A DNA stretch of 64,000 nucleotides, from the NCBI RefSeq assembly GCF_018350175.1, contig NC_058369.1, forward strand, positions 19,408,001 to 19,472,000. The letters are read 5' to 3'. A program made the position numbers and the translations under genes. The notes beneath the pieces were generated by a model. It saw nothing but the letters and a program-made list of their open reading frames with translations. It was not told the origin of the DNA and searched no databases. Shown in pieces: positions 36,501 through 50,813 of this stretch; within the stretch, counting starts at the first letter, position 1, and every line of letters begins with the position of its first letter. The DNA is from Felis catus. Lineage: Eukaryota.

Positions 36501-38929
36501 CAGAATTCCAACCCCAGGTACGCAGGGAGCACCTCCACGTGCCAGAGGGTGGAGGGTGCTGGGCTCCCGACAGCAGGGAGATAGGGGAGCAGGCCCTCGT
36601 GTCCCCCTTGCGCTGACTTGTGGGCCACCCCTGCCACGGCATCTGACCTATGTTTACCAGCCCAGTCCACGTGTCCCCAAGGTCCATCTGTGAGAAAGCA
36701 GGGTTCAGAGTGGCTACCCATCAACTTTGTGAATTTTATTTAACATGAGGTTTCCTACTACTTGCCCTGCTGGGAGAGGTGCTTAACACACAGCCCCCGC
36801 CCTGTGAAAGTTCTCCATCTGGGAAGAGTAGGCCCTGGGCTGCCTGGGTGTGGAAGGACCCAGGGAAGGTGGGCCCTCTGGGCAAGGGAGAAAGGGGAAC
36901 TGGCAGAGAAGTGCTTGGTCTCCTGGGAACTAATTTCATGCACTCATTTGTTCCACAGACTACCCAGTGCCCATTAAAACCTGGCCCTGGTGCAGAGCCT
37001 CCTGCCCTGGGCATCCCAACACTGCCAGGTACTTTGCAACCTGTGACCTCCACCCCCACCCTCTGAGCCCCCTGGCTGGGGGCAGCAGGAAGCTGTGAGC
37101 CTCCACCATATACACATTAGAGGTGGGGGATAGTATTATTATTTCCATGGCCTAGATGGGGGTTCTGCCAGTGAGACCCTCCTGCTGCCACTCCAGTCAG
37201 AGGCGCCCACAAGTGCAAAGCACTCACACATTTCCTGGTATTTTTAACACAGATACTGTCACTAAAACACCATCTCTTGAGTACGGGGGCAGGTGCTCAA
37301 AAAGTGTCAGCTAAAAGACTGGACACTCCATCTTCACAACTATAAAATACAGGAAACATGATCCCATTTTAGAGATTAGGAAACTAAGGCACAAAATGAC
37401 TCAAACAAGGTCATAAAGGGGGCTCTCTTTGTGACTCACAGCTTCTCCCCTCCTTGATTCCGGTCCCCTGGACCAGGCTTTCTAGCAGGCAGCAGGTAAG
37501 TGCAGCAAGGCCAGCAGAGTCCATGGCTCTGGCTCCGTCCCTCTGGACAGCCCCATGAAGTCCCCACCCTTCTCCATGTTAGAGTAATGGCTTTCATACG
37601 CCACCAGTCTGAAAATCCCTTATGAAATTTATTTCCCCCGGCACTGGATCAGGAATCATGGCAATCACACCACTTAATGGCCTCTGGGCTTGTTTCCTGC
37701 CACCTCTCTCCAGCTGCTCTGTGCCAGTGAAGTTAGGGCTGTGGGGCCCCAGTCAGGAGCTGTGCACAGCCCAAGGCATCCTGGGTGCTAGGAGGCACTG
37801 TCCAGGGGTGCAGCAGCCTGGGGAACACATCAGCAGCACAGGGATGGACACCACCTGGAGCTTCGGGAACTGGGGTTGGATCATATGGATGAGCCCCTCC
37901 CTTACTGTGCCCCTGTCCCTTGTCCTTGCCTCCCCACCCCCACCAGTGGCTTTCTCTCAGAGCAAAGTGGGTCCAAGTGCTTTCCCCAGGGCCTCCACAG
38001 CTCTGAGTGGGAGAGGCCTAGGACCATGGGTATGGCTGCAACCCTGAGAAGGCCTGTCAGAACTCCATCTGGAGAATAAGTCCTGCCCCACCTCTCCCAC
38101 TAATACCAGAGGTGGTGTCTCCTCACCCCTTGGATGCTGCTTGGAGCGCCAGCCATGCATAGTTATCATTTACTCAGCCTTGCTTCCATTTCTTCTTCAC
38201 TGACAGTCTCCCATAGACTGTGAGCTCCCGGAGAACAGGCCCAGCATACAGCTAAGTGGACTTGGGCGGGAAGGGGCAGTCAGGAGGTGGGTCCCGAAAT
38301 TCGGGCAGGCTGTGGAGTGGTCAGCAGAGTAGTTGAGGCAGGACCAAGTGTCAACACAGAGGAGCAGTCAGGAAGGAGTGTGGCAGCCAGCTGAGGAGGC
38401 CCAGTGATCTCCCTGAGCCAGACCATAGACTCCGGCCACTGGCCACATGCATAGGCATCTAGGAACAGCTGGCTTCCACAGGTACCACAACCAGAAGACT
38501 CCCCAGAACCAGTATGCCAGCCCCCACCCCCGCCTTCCCTGGGGAAGTACCCTGTGCTGGGTGGGGCAAGGGGGAGGGGTGATCCTGCATTTACTTTCCT
38601 GTCCCTACAGCTATAATTCTCTACCTGGGCTTACCTGGGTGGCTCTGGAAAAATATTGATGCCTAGGCCCTGCCCCTACCCAATTAAAAACATAGCCCCA
38701 TGGGCTCCTGGACCCACCTCCCCCTCTCCCCTAAGGACAGACCTTGGAGGCAGCCCCTGGGCTGGGGCATCTCCTTGTGAAAGAGCCACAGGAGGGTGCG
38801 TGGAGTGGCCTTTGCCTCATGGCACCAGCAAAGCTAGGCCCATATGGAGGCCCTGTCCCAAACAGTGTAAAAGCTTTTCCAGCTTCCAAAGACACAACTA
38901 GATTTGCCTGCAGACATCTGTGTAGACTC

Positions 38930-39170
38930 TGTTCAGCAAACATTTATTGGGCACTTGGTATGTGCTAGCCTGGAGCTCCAGCCAAGGACAGGTGGCCACT
39001 GCCCCTGACTCTCCCAGGCACAGAGCCTTGAAAGGCAGGCAGCAAAGACTATCGCAAGACAAGAATGGGGGAGGCTTCAGGCAGCCTAGGAAGCCCCTGA
39101 CCCACAAGGGAAGTCAGGGGAGGCTTCAGGGAACAGTGACTTCCAGTCAAGCACTAAGGGATGGGCAGAG
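38930..39170 (-). mobile_element. L2 3' end fragment
   Basis: ttcagcaaacatttattgggcacttggtatgtgctag. Confidence 0.65.
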
Positions 39171-40674
39171 GTCAGCTGGACAACAGGCAGGTCCTGCTTG
39201 GAGCTGGCAAGGCCCTTTGCAGCCCATCTGACTGCTCCCTGGCTTACTCCACGCTCAGTGCATAGTAGGTGCTTATTAAGCCCCCATGGAAGATGATGGC
39301 GCTGTCCTAGTGGTACTCAGTCCTGAGGGCAGAGATCCCCTCCTGTGTCCATTCCTGTGCCCATCAGAAGCAGCCCCCTTGGCTGTGGTCTCCATAGTAG
39401 CTACTTACAGAGTAGGACAGAGATGAGAGCAACACAGATGGGGTGGCAGGAGAGCATCATCCTCAGCTATGGAAGGATCCATCAATCTGGAGGGTCCCAG
39501 GAATGACGATGATACTGAGGCTCAGAGAAGGAGGGAGGGCAGGTGGCTTGCCTAGCCTCCCACAGTGAACTGGACACAGGCCAAGGCTAGGGCAGGGTAG
39601 GAGGACACTGGCAGAAGGAGAAAAGGAGGCCCATACCCTACAGCACAAGCCCCTGAATTTGTGGGCCTGCAGCAGCCAAGGTCTGGCTTAAATACTTGAC
39701 TTTGCTGCCTGTCTGTCTCCCTCCCTCTGAGTCTTCCATAGGTAAATCTAGGCACCACCAGGGTGGGAGTGGGGGATGGAGCAGGTAGGAGGATGGAGGG
39801 TAGGGAGTGGAGTGATGGGGGAATGGAGAGTGAACCTAGACTGCCCTGCTCCCCCATTCCATGCATGCACAGGGGATCACAGTACCATCATCAGCTCCCA
39901 GCTGGTGAGTGGGAGAAGGCCTCAAAAGGAGATTCAGATCAGAGGAGGCCTTTCTTGGTCTGGAGGACTCACAGCTGTGCCATTAAAGGCCAGCCCCAGA
40001 GAATCCTTTTCCCTCACTGACAGGTAGGGAACAGTGACCAGAGGGGCACCCAATCTAGGAGCAAGACAGAACCCAGGGCTTCTCCCAAGACTTGTGCCCT
40101 TGGCTGACTGACTCCTGGACACTGTGCCCAGCCTGGACCCAAGACTGATGCAGGCAACAGAGCCCAGAGAGTAGCAAGAAGGGCCAGGGGCAAGGTCATG
40201 AGAATGCAGTCTCGTTGGAGCATGGATCTTGTCATATCCATCAAGGGAGCCAACCAATGGACACCCAGTCCCCTCTGTAGTTAGCAGGCACAAGTATACC
40301 TACTCCACAGCTTCCCCCTCCCCAAATGGGAATCAAGTCTCACAGGCAGCACCCAGCCAAGTTCAGGCCCTCCCCTTGGCCATATCCATGGGTCACTTCC
40401 TCAACTCTGCAGCAGTAGGACATGCCCTCTGTCTGCATCTTCTCAGTACACCCACAGCCTCCAAGGACTCAGGGGGTACTACAGGCCCAGTGAGACAGCC
40501 GGCACCTGTGAAACTATGCCCCAAGGAACTCAGTCTGATAAAAAGAGGCAGCCCCTGGAGAGGAACAGTTGTGAAGAGTGCAGGAGCGTGGGGGCACCCC
40601 GAGGGTCCTGTGGTCAGGGGACTGCCTGGAGGAGGTGAGTTACAGAAGGGCTGTGTGAGGCTGTGGCTGGGTGT

Positions 40675-40850
40675 TCTGAGTACTGGGGTGTGAATCCTGC
40701 TTCCATCACTCACTACCTGTGTGATTTCAGCATTACTCAGCCCTGCTGAGCCTCAATTTTTTTTTGTCCATGAAATGGGAATAAAAATGGATTAATCTCA
40801 TTGGATAGGATCCATGAAATATATCACCCAAGGCACAGCTCATAGTGACT
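40675..40850 (+). mobile_element. MIR
   Basis: tgaatcctgcttccatcactcactacctgtgtgat...tgagcctcaattt...tgaaatgggaataa. Confidence 0.75.
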
Positions 40851-40969
40851 GATGATGTAGTTAAAATAACTACTTCCTTAATAAATGTTTCCTTGAGCAT
40901 GGACAGGCCCCCCCCTTCCCTCCCACCTTCTTCCTCACCCCTACTCCACGTTGAGGCCTCTGGTCTGGT

Positions 40970-41545
40970 CCTGCAGCAGAAATTGCCTTCCTATTTTCCA
41001 TTATTCCCCGCTTCTTGCTAACAAAACCCAAGTCTGTAAAAATCTCTCCCACCTCCAGCCCCAAGGTGACCCCATCCTTTGCTCAAGGGTAAATCCTGAT
41101 TAGCTGGAGCCAATCACAATGCACCTTCCCTACTGCCAGTGATTGGTTTACAGTAGACATGTGACCCAGCACTAACCAATGAGGTGTGAGGGGAAGTTGG
41201 CTAGGGGCTTCTGGGCCAGGTTTTCTAGCCTCTTGCGAGGAACCCAATAACCCCTCTACTCCAGTTGTCTGATACCTCTAATGCCTGGAGCTATGGCAGC
41301 CATCTTGTTGTCATGAGGGGCTTCAGCCAAGAACAGCCCCACTAAAAATGAGGCCAGCCATGCAGACCGCAGGTGAAGACTTGGTCCTCAATGACAGGCT
41401 AAAGACCCACCTCTGGGCTCCCTGGCAGAAGATAAAGGAACTAATCATGATGGAAAAAGTCATCATGCTGTGGTTGCCACGGTGGATACAAAAGCTGCCT
41501 CTTTTCCTTACAGCCAAATACACTCTTCAGACTTGCCTTTTGAAG
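40970..41545 (+). mobile_element. Old ERVL-class solo LTR (LTR16/LTR33-like)
   Basis: agccaatca...gccagtgattggttta...catgtgacccag...ccaatgaggtgtgaggggaagt...ggcttctggg and atgcctggagctatggcagccatcttgttgtcatgagg motifs. Family and boundaries approximate. Confidence 0.7.
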
Positions 41546-43729
41546 GCATAGTGGTCAGCTCCACACCTACTCCATATCAACACAGGGTTGTCAGAGAGGC
41601 CCACAGGGGTAGGGAGCCAGAGGAGGGCATCAGTCAGAAGGGCTCTTGGTCTCAGTACTTGGGATGAGCAGACCAGTACGATTGAGGGATACGGTGAGCA
41701 AAGACCAGAGCTCCTACTAGGACCTGCAAGTGGCTCTGCCTGGCTGGAGTCTGGATATTCACAGGGCTAGTGGCCAGAGACAGGAGCCAGCCCAGGCAGT
41801 TCCTCAAATGCAAAGTTGGGAAGGAGGGCTCTGCCCATGGCAGGCTTCTGGGTGCAAGGTCATAGTTAACCCTCAGTAGGAGGCACTGCAGCATGCCTAG
41901 GGGGTCCAGGAAAGGAAGGGAAGTCTCCCAGGTTCTCACCATGCCCACCCGGGCCACAGCTCACAGGGGGAAGGAGAAATGTCCATTTGTGAGAGTCCTC
42001 AGCACAGAAGCCTGTTTTGCCAGCTCATTTCTCTTTTCTAATAAATGAAGTTGGGGGCAGGGCTGAGGTAGGTTGTTTTGTTGTTTGTTTGTAGGAACCA
42101 GTGGCAGCACCAGGCCTGACCTTTAAGGCTTCAAATGCAGCATTTCAGGCAGCGCCGGCAGGCAAAGAACACGGGCTGCAGAGGAAAGTTATCGAGGCTA
42201 AAATGCCACGTCAGGCTGGAAACTCGTAGCAGCAGTTTCCATCTCAGGATGGGCGGCCCATCTCAGGATGGGCGGCCCATTTTTGCCCATCTGGCAACAA
42301 AGCTGTCCTTCCTGAGGGTACCCAGAAAGCCCTGCTGACTCTAAAGTGGCATGGGGGCACCAAGGTGTGTCCCAGAGGAAGATCAGGAGCTGGGGCCTCA
42401 CACCACACAGGCGCCTTGCTCTGTAGGACTTGCCAAAAGAGGCCTCAAATTGCTCCTGCATCCCATGTCAGGGATGTTCTTATTATGAGAACCAGTTGTA
42501 TGTCATAGTGCAAGGACGGCTAAGTGGGGATCATTCTTTGAGCAGCCTGTATTGAGCACTGGGGACTGGGTCCTGCCCACAGGGTGTGTGCAGCCAGAAG
42601 ACACAGAGCGGGGGCCGGCGGTGGGGTGGGGGCGAGGCTCCTCTCTGCAGCCTCAGACAGCAGCTTCCTGGTCTTACAATGGAGGTGTCTGGGTCCCCAG
42701 GGACTTCTGTGGCTGGGATATGTCCTTCCCAAGAAAGGGAACCATGCAAGGCCCATACTGCCCAAGGAGATAGTCCCACCCAGGCACCCTGACCCCACAG
42801 GAACCCTCACTAGCCCTGCAGGCTCCAGACCCCTTCTCAGTCGCTTCTGTCCTTTGCGGAAGCCTCCTCCTGAAATGCCGAGGACACTGGGCTGTCCCAG
42901 CACTGACAACACAGGCCCTGAGAATGCCAGGAAAGCAAAACTAAATAGTTCTCTCGGACATCAGAACCCATCAGATCAGGGGCGGAGCTGAGCTGGGCAC
43001 ACAGCAACCCCAAAGGTCATAGCTCAGCACACGGCACCCAGACAGCTTGCTTATGAAGACTCGGTAGACAAAAATTCATCTTTGAAAGGAAGAGATCTGG
43101 CTGCAGATGCCCCAAATAGAGGAACATGTGGAGATTATCAAGCTGAAGGTATTGTACCCCAAATCATGCCCGCAACTGACTGCACAAATATTTTCCTGGG
43201 GGTAAGAACCCCAAATCAACAACAGATGCTCCAAAGGATGCCAGTCTCCCTCCCTTCCATGTGCAGATGAGAGGCACCCGCTCCAAGAGGGGAAAAATGC
43301 CAGCCCAAGGTCACACAGCAAGGGTTTCCACTCTCCCTGCACCCCAACCTCCATGCTCAACCTCCAGATTCTCCACAAGTGGAGGGCTGTTTGCAAATAT
43401 GCTTCACTTCACAATGGACTCACCAAGCTTCTCTGAGTCCCAAGTCCTCCAGTGCATCTAAATACCATTCAATTTGCAAAAATTTGAATTACAAGGACAC
43501 AGCCTGTGTGTTTCCTTCACAGACTGTCATCGCGCCAGTTGGTAGATGATCAAACTTTCCAGATCAGCCTTAACTCAGGCTGTTCCTGACATAAAAGTTT
43601 GCAAAACACTGGTCCTAACAACCAGGCTGCTTTATTTCCCACTGCCAGCATTTGCCCAGCTCTGGCATTAACTTCAAAGGCAGGTGCAGGAGGGGGCCAT
43701 TGGGAGCACATTCTGGGTACAGAGAGATA

Positions 43730-44045
43730 AACCATGCATATGCCTGCACGTACATATGTGCACACATGCACAAGCACACCCTCAACTTCGCATTCATATG
43801 CACACACACCAACACCTATGTACACATGTGAACGTGGGCATGCACACACACCTGAGCATATGCACACAAACAACATGCAAGCATGTGCACACCGGGGCAC
43901 ACATGTTCACACACACCCAAACACATGTCTTCATATACAAATGGACGTTTACACAAGTGAACACAGCTAACACACATGTGCAAACACATACAAGAGGACA
44001 CTCTTAGACACTTCCATTCACAAGATTACATGTGCACACAGGCCA
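43730..44045. repeat. Degenerate (CA)/(CATG)-rich tract, ~300 bp
   Basis: Long alternating purine-pyrimidine sequence (catatgtgcacacatgcacaagcacacc...). Confidence 0.85.
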
Positions 44046-44264
44046 AGGCAAAGGCCAAGCACAGGAGGAAAGACCCAAAAGCCACAAGTGAGTCTCTGGT
44101 GCTCGCAGGGCCCAGATGTGCAGGGGAGGTAAAGGGTGATGGGAGAGGTTCCTGGTACTTGGAGTGCAGACCTAACTGGACTGAGAATCCTCACAGGTCA
44201 GGATCCACATGCCCTCATCATGCACTGTCTGGGGTCAGGCCCATCCCTCAGGACCTTTCCCATC

Positions 44265-44370
44265 CCAGTTCTGTGAGGCACCACAATCAAGGGAACTCTA
44301 TTTTACAGACAAGGCCCCAAGACCCAGAGAGGCTGAGGAAGTTCCCAAGGTCACACAGCTGGTGAGAGGT
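44265..44370 (-). mobile_element. MIR fragment
   Basis: ctattttacagacaagg...gacccagagaggctgaggaagttcccaaggtcacacagctggt. Confidence 0.7.
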
Positions 44371-47300
44371 GTGGCAGAGCCTCAGTAGCACCAAGCAGGG
44401 GACTCATTCAGAAAGATGTGGCCAGCAGGGAAGGAAGGCATAGAGGTGGGAGCCAGGGACCCATGATCTCAGGAGGGCAGGGAAGAGAAGCAGAGGGGCA
44501 GCTCCTCCCTCTCGTCGCCACTCCTTTCCCCTTCAATTAAACAGTCCTTACCAAGGTGGGGAGAGCTGGATAATGATCAGCAGGAAAGACTTCCCGTGCC
44601 CCTCCCTCTCTGCTAAACAATTAGGTTGATTAGAGCTCAAAGTGGGTCAGTCGGAGAAGCAGCTTCAAGACACCCAAGGTGTGGCCAGAGGCCAGTGGGA
44701 GGTGCAGGCTCCTCACACTGGAGATGAGGTCTAGCTGGGCTGGGGGTCAAGCTTCACTCCGTGGCTAGAGCACAGTGTGAAGAGGAGTGGGAAGACCCTG
44801 AACCTATCTTCTGAGGACACGAATGTCACAGTCAGAAGAGCCCTGGAAGAGAGGAAACTGAGGCCCAGGGGGAGGAAGGGCCTTGTCCAAGGTCACCACC
44901 ATGCAAGCTACCCAGCTGAGAGGATTGGGCTGGAATTGCCTTTGACAGAGGTCCCCCCAGGACCAGACCCTCAAGTCCCCCATGTGAAGATTCCCTTCAC
45001 CTAACCCCAGCTAGACAGGGTCTCCTACTCTGTGAGGTCCCTCCCCCCCCACCCAACAGGCTCAGGCACCAGCACTAGCAGCCGCCTGGAGCCAAGTGGG
45101 CCAGACCAGCCTCAGAAGGAGAAGACCTAGCTCAGGTGAGAGAGGAACTAGATGGTCCATGAGCAGGATCAGGCCCAGGGAAACCAAACCTGCAACCTAA
45201 GTCCCACAGTGGTAGGGCAAGGCAGAGCAGCCCTGCCCCCAGGTCCTGCCCCCAAAACGTCAGGCTCAGATTGTGTGGGCCTGAATGACAGCATCTTTGA
45301 CTCCTTTTCAGTAGCTCCAAGATATCCCCTTGGGGAGTTTGCAAGCCCCCCAGGGGCAACCCAATCCATTGGTGGTCACCTGCAGGGCTAACTCTCCCCC
45401 CACCAACCTTAGCCACAGGCAGCTCAGAAGGCTCTTCAGGTTACATAGGACAAGAGAGGAAGGGAAAAGAAAAAAAAGCAAAAACCACACATGCACCTCC
45501 CTCTGGGAATACGAATATTGATCCTGTAGCTTCTTGTTTAGACAGTAGGCACCGGAGGAAAAAAAACCAAAAAAAACAAAAACCCAACCTGACATGAACA
45601 GAAGCTCCCCAGTTGGCTGAAGGAATGTAGCCAGCAGTGGGAGAGCCCCCCACCCTTGCCTTTATGGTAGCCTAGACCCTAGTGTTCCCTCCTCCTGCCT
45701 GAGGCCCTGAGCCTACTCACTTAAAGACACAGGTCACCAGTTCCCGAGGCAGATCTCAAATCTAGAAGCCTGCAAGGACAGCAGCGGTGTGCGGGAAGAG
45801 GAAGGAGAAAGAGACCGCCCCCTACCCACAGACAACAACCTGCCAGATGGGACCCATGCCACAGGCCTGCCTACTTTGACTCTCCCAAACCTCCAGCTGC
45901 CCTTTGAATAGCTCCCTAGCCCCCCAGATCCCACCTGTCTGTACAGCATGAAAACTTGTAAGATCTATAAGATCTGAGTCCTCTGAAGTCCCCTCAGTGC
46001 TCACAAAACTGCCAAGGGACTAGAGGATCCAGTCTCAGGTTTCCATTAACACCCTCATGCCCCTTCTCTCTGGAATCATACTGGAATCTGGAGGGGGTGA
46101 TGGCATCTTGGCACCTCAAGATAGGAGTCCCTCCTACCCACCCCTCCATTCCAGACTGTCCTGGCCTATGACTCAAAGCTTTGGAGAAGAGGAAACTCTG
46201 AGTCGGGGGGCCCCATGATCAGTTGTGTACGTGTGGCAAGGGATGGAAGTAGGATGGCAGTGAAGGCTTGAGCCAAGGAAGGCCCCCTCAAGGATGCCTG
46301 AGACCCAGAAGAGCAGAGGGATGGTGTGGGAAAGGTTATAGCTGGAAAGCCTAGGCATGCTTCGTCCAAAGACCTAGGTTTTGGTTCCCTACCCCCAATT
46401 TCCTGGACCCAGTGTTCAGATGTGCCCAGGCTCCTGGCAAGGCAGCTAAGCATCCAACAGATTAGTCCTCTCTCAGTCCTGCCTCCAGAAGTGGTGGGGT
46501 TTTGGGCAGCACCTTCATCTTTCTGAGTCTCAGTCTCCTCATCTGTGGGACGGGCATGGGCACAGTTTCTGAGGTCAAGGTAGTAATGTGGATAAGGGTC
46601 TGGCCTGGGTTCATTGAGGGGAGGCCCACCATTAGACTGGTGGTGTCCCCCACCACAGTTAAGCTGGGCTTCAGGGAGTGAGGGAGGGAGGTGGTCCAGT
46701 GTCTGTCCTCAAGGAGCTGATACCCCATGTGGGTGGGTACAGCCTAAGCTAGTGGCACAACCCAGAGGCCTCCAGAAGCTGTGGAAACCCCTGAGGAAAG
46801 CATGCACTGATGAGAGGACACGTGAGCAAAGCAGATAGGAAGACACTCAGCCTATGGGAGCAATATGAAAAGATGGGGGTGGGTGGGTAAGGGTCCGTCA
46901 GGCTGTAGCATTAGGGCTTGATGCTAATGTTTACAATAGCTGCCACGGTGCCCACCCGCAGAACCCTTCCTGCCCACCAGAGGCTACAGCCTCTTGCATG
47001 AATTCTCACCACCAGCCTCTTAAGCAGATTCTCTCATCTCAGGGAAACTGAGGCAAGGTCATCCCAATCAGAGGGTCAGCTCTGGAGGCCAATGCTTGAG
47101 TCTGCTGGGCCTACACCTAACACCCAGCAAGTCCCAAACTGTCTTCTCCCCAGGAGCTGGCAGGGTCCACCCATACACATCTGAGGTGCCAAAAGCTGGC
47201 AGTGCCCACCTGCACACAGGCAGAAGGGAAAAGGAGGCACTGAGTGTAGAAGTGCTCACTCCACTTGTGAGTCAATCTCTCCTTGGGGACACCAGTGTGA

Positions 47301-49449
47301 CTGAGAATCCAGAGTGAGACTCACCCACAGATTACGAGGGGACTCATCTTAAAACGGCTCCCCCATCTTCTCAGGGGTCAGTCTGACACAGCTGGCTAGG
47401 AGGAGGTGCCCAATAAGGGTGGGGCACAGGGGAGACAGGAGCCAAGGGTCTCTCTCTTCCCAAAGCCTCCGCACCAGGAGGAATGTGAGCACTTGGCAGC
47501 CCTGCATGCCAGTGGTAGTGGCAGCAGGCTGTGAAGCCTCGCCCCCTCCCTCCTGCAAAAGCTGCGGCAGGTCGTTGGGGAAATGGGGGACCCAGATGTG
47601 TGATGTTGCCTCCCTCTAATAGAGAGAGTCACAGGGAGGTGAAGACGCGGGCTCAGAGGCCCAGACAGACACACGTCACCCACCATTAACCGTAGCTAGA
47701 CTGACGCATGCCCCGTCGTGGGCACTCAGGAAAAGGAGCACGTACTCCAGCTGTCATTAATCTGCTGGGTGGGTCCAGACCCCTCAGGCTCTCAGTTCCC
47801 CACCCACCCGCTGCCAGAGGAAAGGAGGTGCTGGTCAGCATCATCACGGGGGCAGAGTGGGGTTAAGAGGGTGCCGCCAGCCAAGCAGCTCAGCCTGGCG
47901 CTCCACCCAGCACTCAGCCAGGGCCCCACAGAGTAGGGGACAGAGAAACCCAGGGATGCTGGAGAACAGGGGACAGAGGTCTCACAAAAGAGGCGGGCAG
48001 GGCAGGGTGGGCACGGAGCAATGAGAGGGATGGGCAAGGAAGTGGAGAAGGAATGGGGGTGGGGGGAACCCAAGAAGGGGGCCAGGGAGGGGCCAGGAGA
48101 CAGCGGGAGAGACGCAGGGAGAGGCAAAGCAGTTGCCCTCGGCAGCAGTGGCCATTCACCGCTCACCATTCCTGGCCGTGGGTGAGTGGAATTGGAAACA
48201 GGGAAGCAGGTGAAAGGGAGAGTGTGCTCTGACTCCTCCTCCACCAACTTCACCTCCAAACACATGAATGCACGTGTGCACACACATGTACTCGTGTGTG
48301 GCCTCCTCCAGGTGGGGTGAGGGAGGCCCCCGCCCCCACCTCAGCCACCACAACCAAAGCCCTGTCCCCACTCCAGCGGCAACTCCTCTGTCCTCCTTGA
48401 TCCAGCGGCAGCTTCGGTCCACTTCGCCTAATGGGGAGAGGGCCACGCTGCCACAGCAATTATAGAAATAATGGCTACCGAACCCCAAACCCACACTGGC
48501 TTAAAACCCAGAGGCTTGAGGACCCGAGCCCCGTCACTCTGCCAGACGCTCATGAGGAAATGATTTCCTGCCTAGGGCCCCCTCCACTGAGGGGTCATCA
48601 CCTCGGTGCCATGACACTGAGGCCCCCACTTCCCATCTCAGAAAGCCACCTGTATCAAACTCTCATTCTAGCCTGGCCACACTGACCCAGAAGAGTTCAG
48701 GGAGGCCATCCACTCCCAAGCAGCTCCACAGCAGCCGCCTTAGCCTTTCATGTTAGTTCAACAAAAGCCCCCACCAGCTAGCCATGGTCATGCGGGGCCC
48801 CTCACTCCATTCCCTCCCCTTCCTCCCTCCAAGGATCAATGGGCATCCGCATCTGCGGGACCAGGGCAGCTGAAGGGCGCTGGCTGTCACGGTAAATCCT
48901 GTGTGTCGTTGTCACATTAGTCACTTCCCTCTAGACCCTCAGAGCCGCGCAGCCCCCACCCCACCCCCACTCTCATTCTCTAATTACGGTTTGCAAGACA
49001 TGTCCCAAACCCTCAAATTAGCTCCAACTCTATCGACAACAGAAGAGTGTCCAGCTGGAAATGTGCTGCTGCCATCACACCCGCCTCATCGTCTTCTTGC
49101 TGGGGACAAAGTGACAGGTGTCCACTCTGGTCAGGGTCTCACACTGTCCTTCCAACGGAGACCCATGCAAGCCCAGCAGCCATCTGACCCACTGCAGGTT
49201 GCAAGGAGACGGGGCAAGGTGGAAAGAGGTGAAAAGAGATGTCTATTTAAACCTCCATTCAAGGAGCTACGAAATGGCTAGGGGAAAAATATTGTGGCTT
49301 GGCTTTAAGGAAAAAAGAACAACAAAAAAATAATGCTTCTGCTCTTTTTAAACATTGTGGTTTAAGTCCGTTTTCATCACGGCAAATCAAAGACAATGCA
49401 CCCAAAAGCCCTGAACTTCCATATGATTCTCCTCTCCCTGCACACCCCC

Positions 49450-49450
<1 letters not shown>

Positions 49451-49497
<47 letters not shown>
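49451..49497. repeat. (AC)23 microsatellite in intron 1
   Basis: Perfect dinucleotide run. Confidence 0.97.
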
Positions 49498-49501
<4 letters not shown>

Positions 49502-50813
49502 AGACGGTTGACAGAGGACACGTCCGTGCGGCACCTGTAATTTGCCAACTGATCACCCGCCTGAGCACAGCCAGGCTGTGTGAGGAAAGAAATGACGAGA
49601 TGAAGAGACACTCAGAGCAGTGCCTTTCCCGAGTTTGTTTTTCCCTCAACTGGGAGAACCTACAAGCTGGAGTCCGCAAAACCAGGGGCTCCTACCCTTG
49701 GGCAGAAATGGTCTAATGACGCAGAGTCAGCCTCTCCCCTTCCCTGAAGCCAGCATCTTCCCCTTGGCCACTAGCAGCCCAGCTACTTATTTCCCAAACC
49801 CCAGGCCTGGCTACTGGTGAAGGAGTTCAGGGACAGGTGGCTCCACACTCCTGGAGACAGATAACAGACAACAAGGTGGTCACCATGGCCCAAAGCCACA
49901 GGGGCAAGAGGAGTCTGGGCACTGACATAAGTCTGGGGCATGGTGCCCACAGAGATAGCTGTCGTCCTAAAGGCCACATGCACTGAATACCCGCCCCCCA
50001 CCCCCAGCCCCAAATACATCTGGCCAAGCTCACCAGAGGAGGATGCCCAAGTTTGCGGGCTCTTGGGGACGGAGAAAAGGCTCAGAAGGACCATGAGAAC
50101 CAGCAGAAGCTGGCAGGGCCAGGAGATGCTGTTCCCTTGTTGGTAGCAGCAGCAGGGGTGGGCAGGGTTCTCCCTGCCATTCACTTTCGGCCCCCACCCT
50201 AGCACCTTCACCTCCCAGTTGGGCTCTCCAGGGGACCCTCTCCTCAGGTGGAGAACAAGGGACACCGACCCCCTCTGTGGCACCGGTCACAACAAGGTGC
50301 CTGCATCCTCTGCATCCAGCCCTTCCCATCAAAGGAAAAGGGCAGCGAAGACAGGTGTGGAGGTGTCCCCCACCTCTGGTTCAAAAGCGCCAGGTTCCCA
50401 CTGGGGAGGAAACGTGGGGCAGACGCGCGGCTCCAACTCTGCCGGGCAGGGGTCGCTGGCCGCCCCCTCACCGAACCTCAGGTTTCCCTCTCACCCGGAC
50501 AGCGCAGGGGAATCCGCTGGCAAACTCGGAACCCCTCACCATATCCCAAGGCTTGCAGATCTTGCTTTGCCCCTTTTGGGGGTTGGGGGGAGAAAGGGCA
50601 CCGCGGGGAAGTTTCGCGACGCAGACAGAAGCACCGGGACCACGGCTGCCCGCCCTGTGGTTTTGGGGCCGCCGCCCCCCCGTGCAGCCGGCAGCTGGAC
50701 CCCAGCGCCCCCGCCCCCGCGCGGGGCGCGGGGAGGGACTGGCGCGTGCCGGGGGGCGGAGGGGCGCGCAGGGCTCGGCCGGGGTCCCGCGGCGGGCCAA
50801 GGAGGCCACTTAC

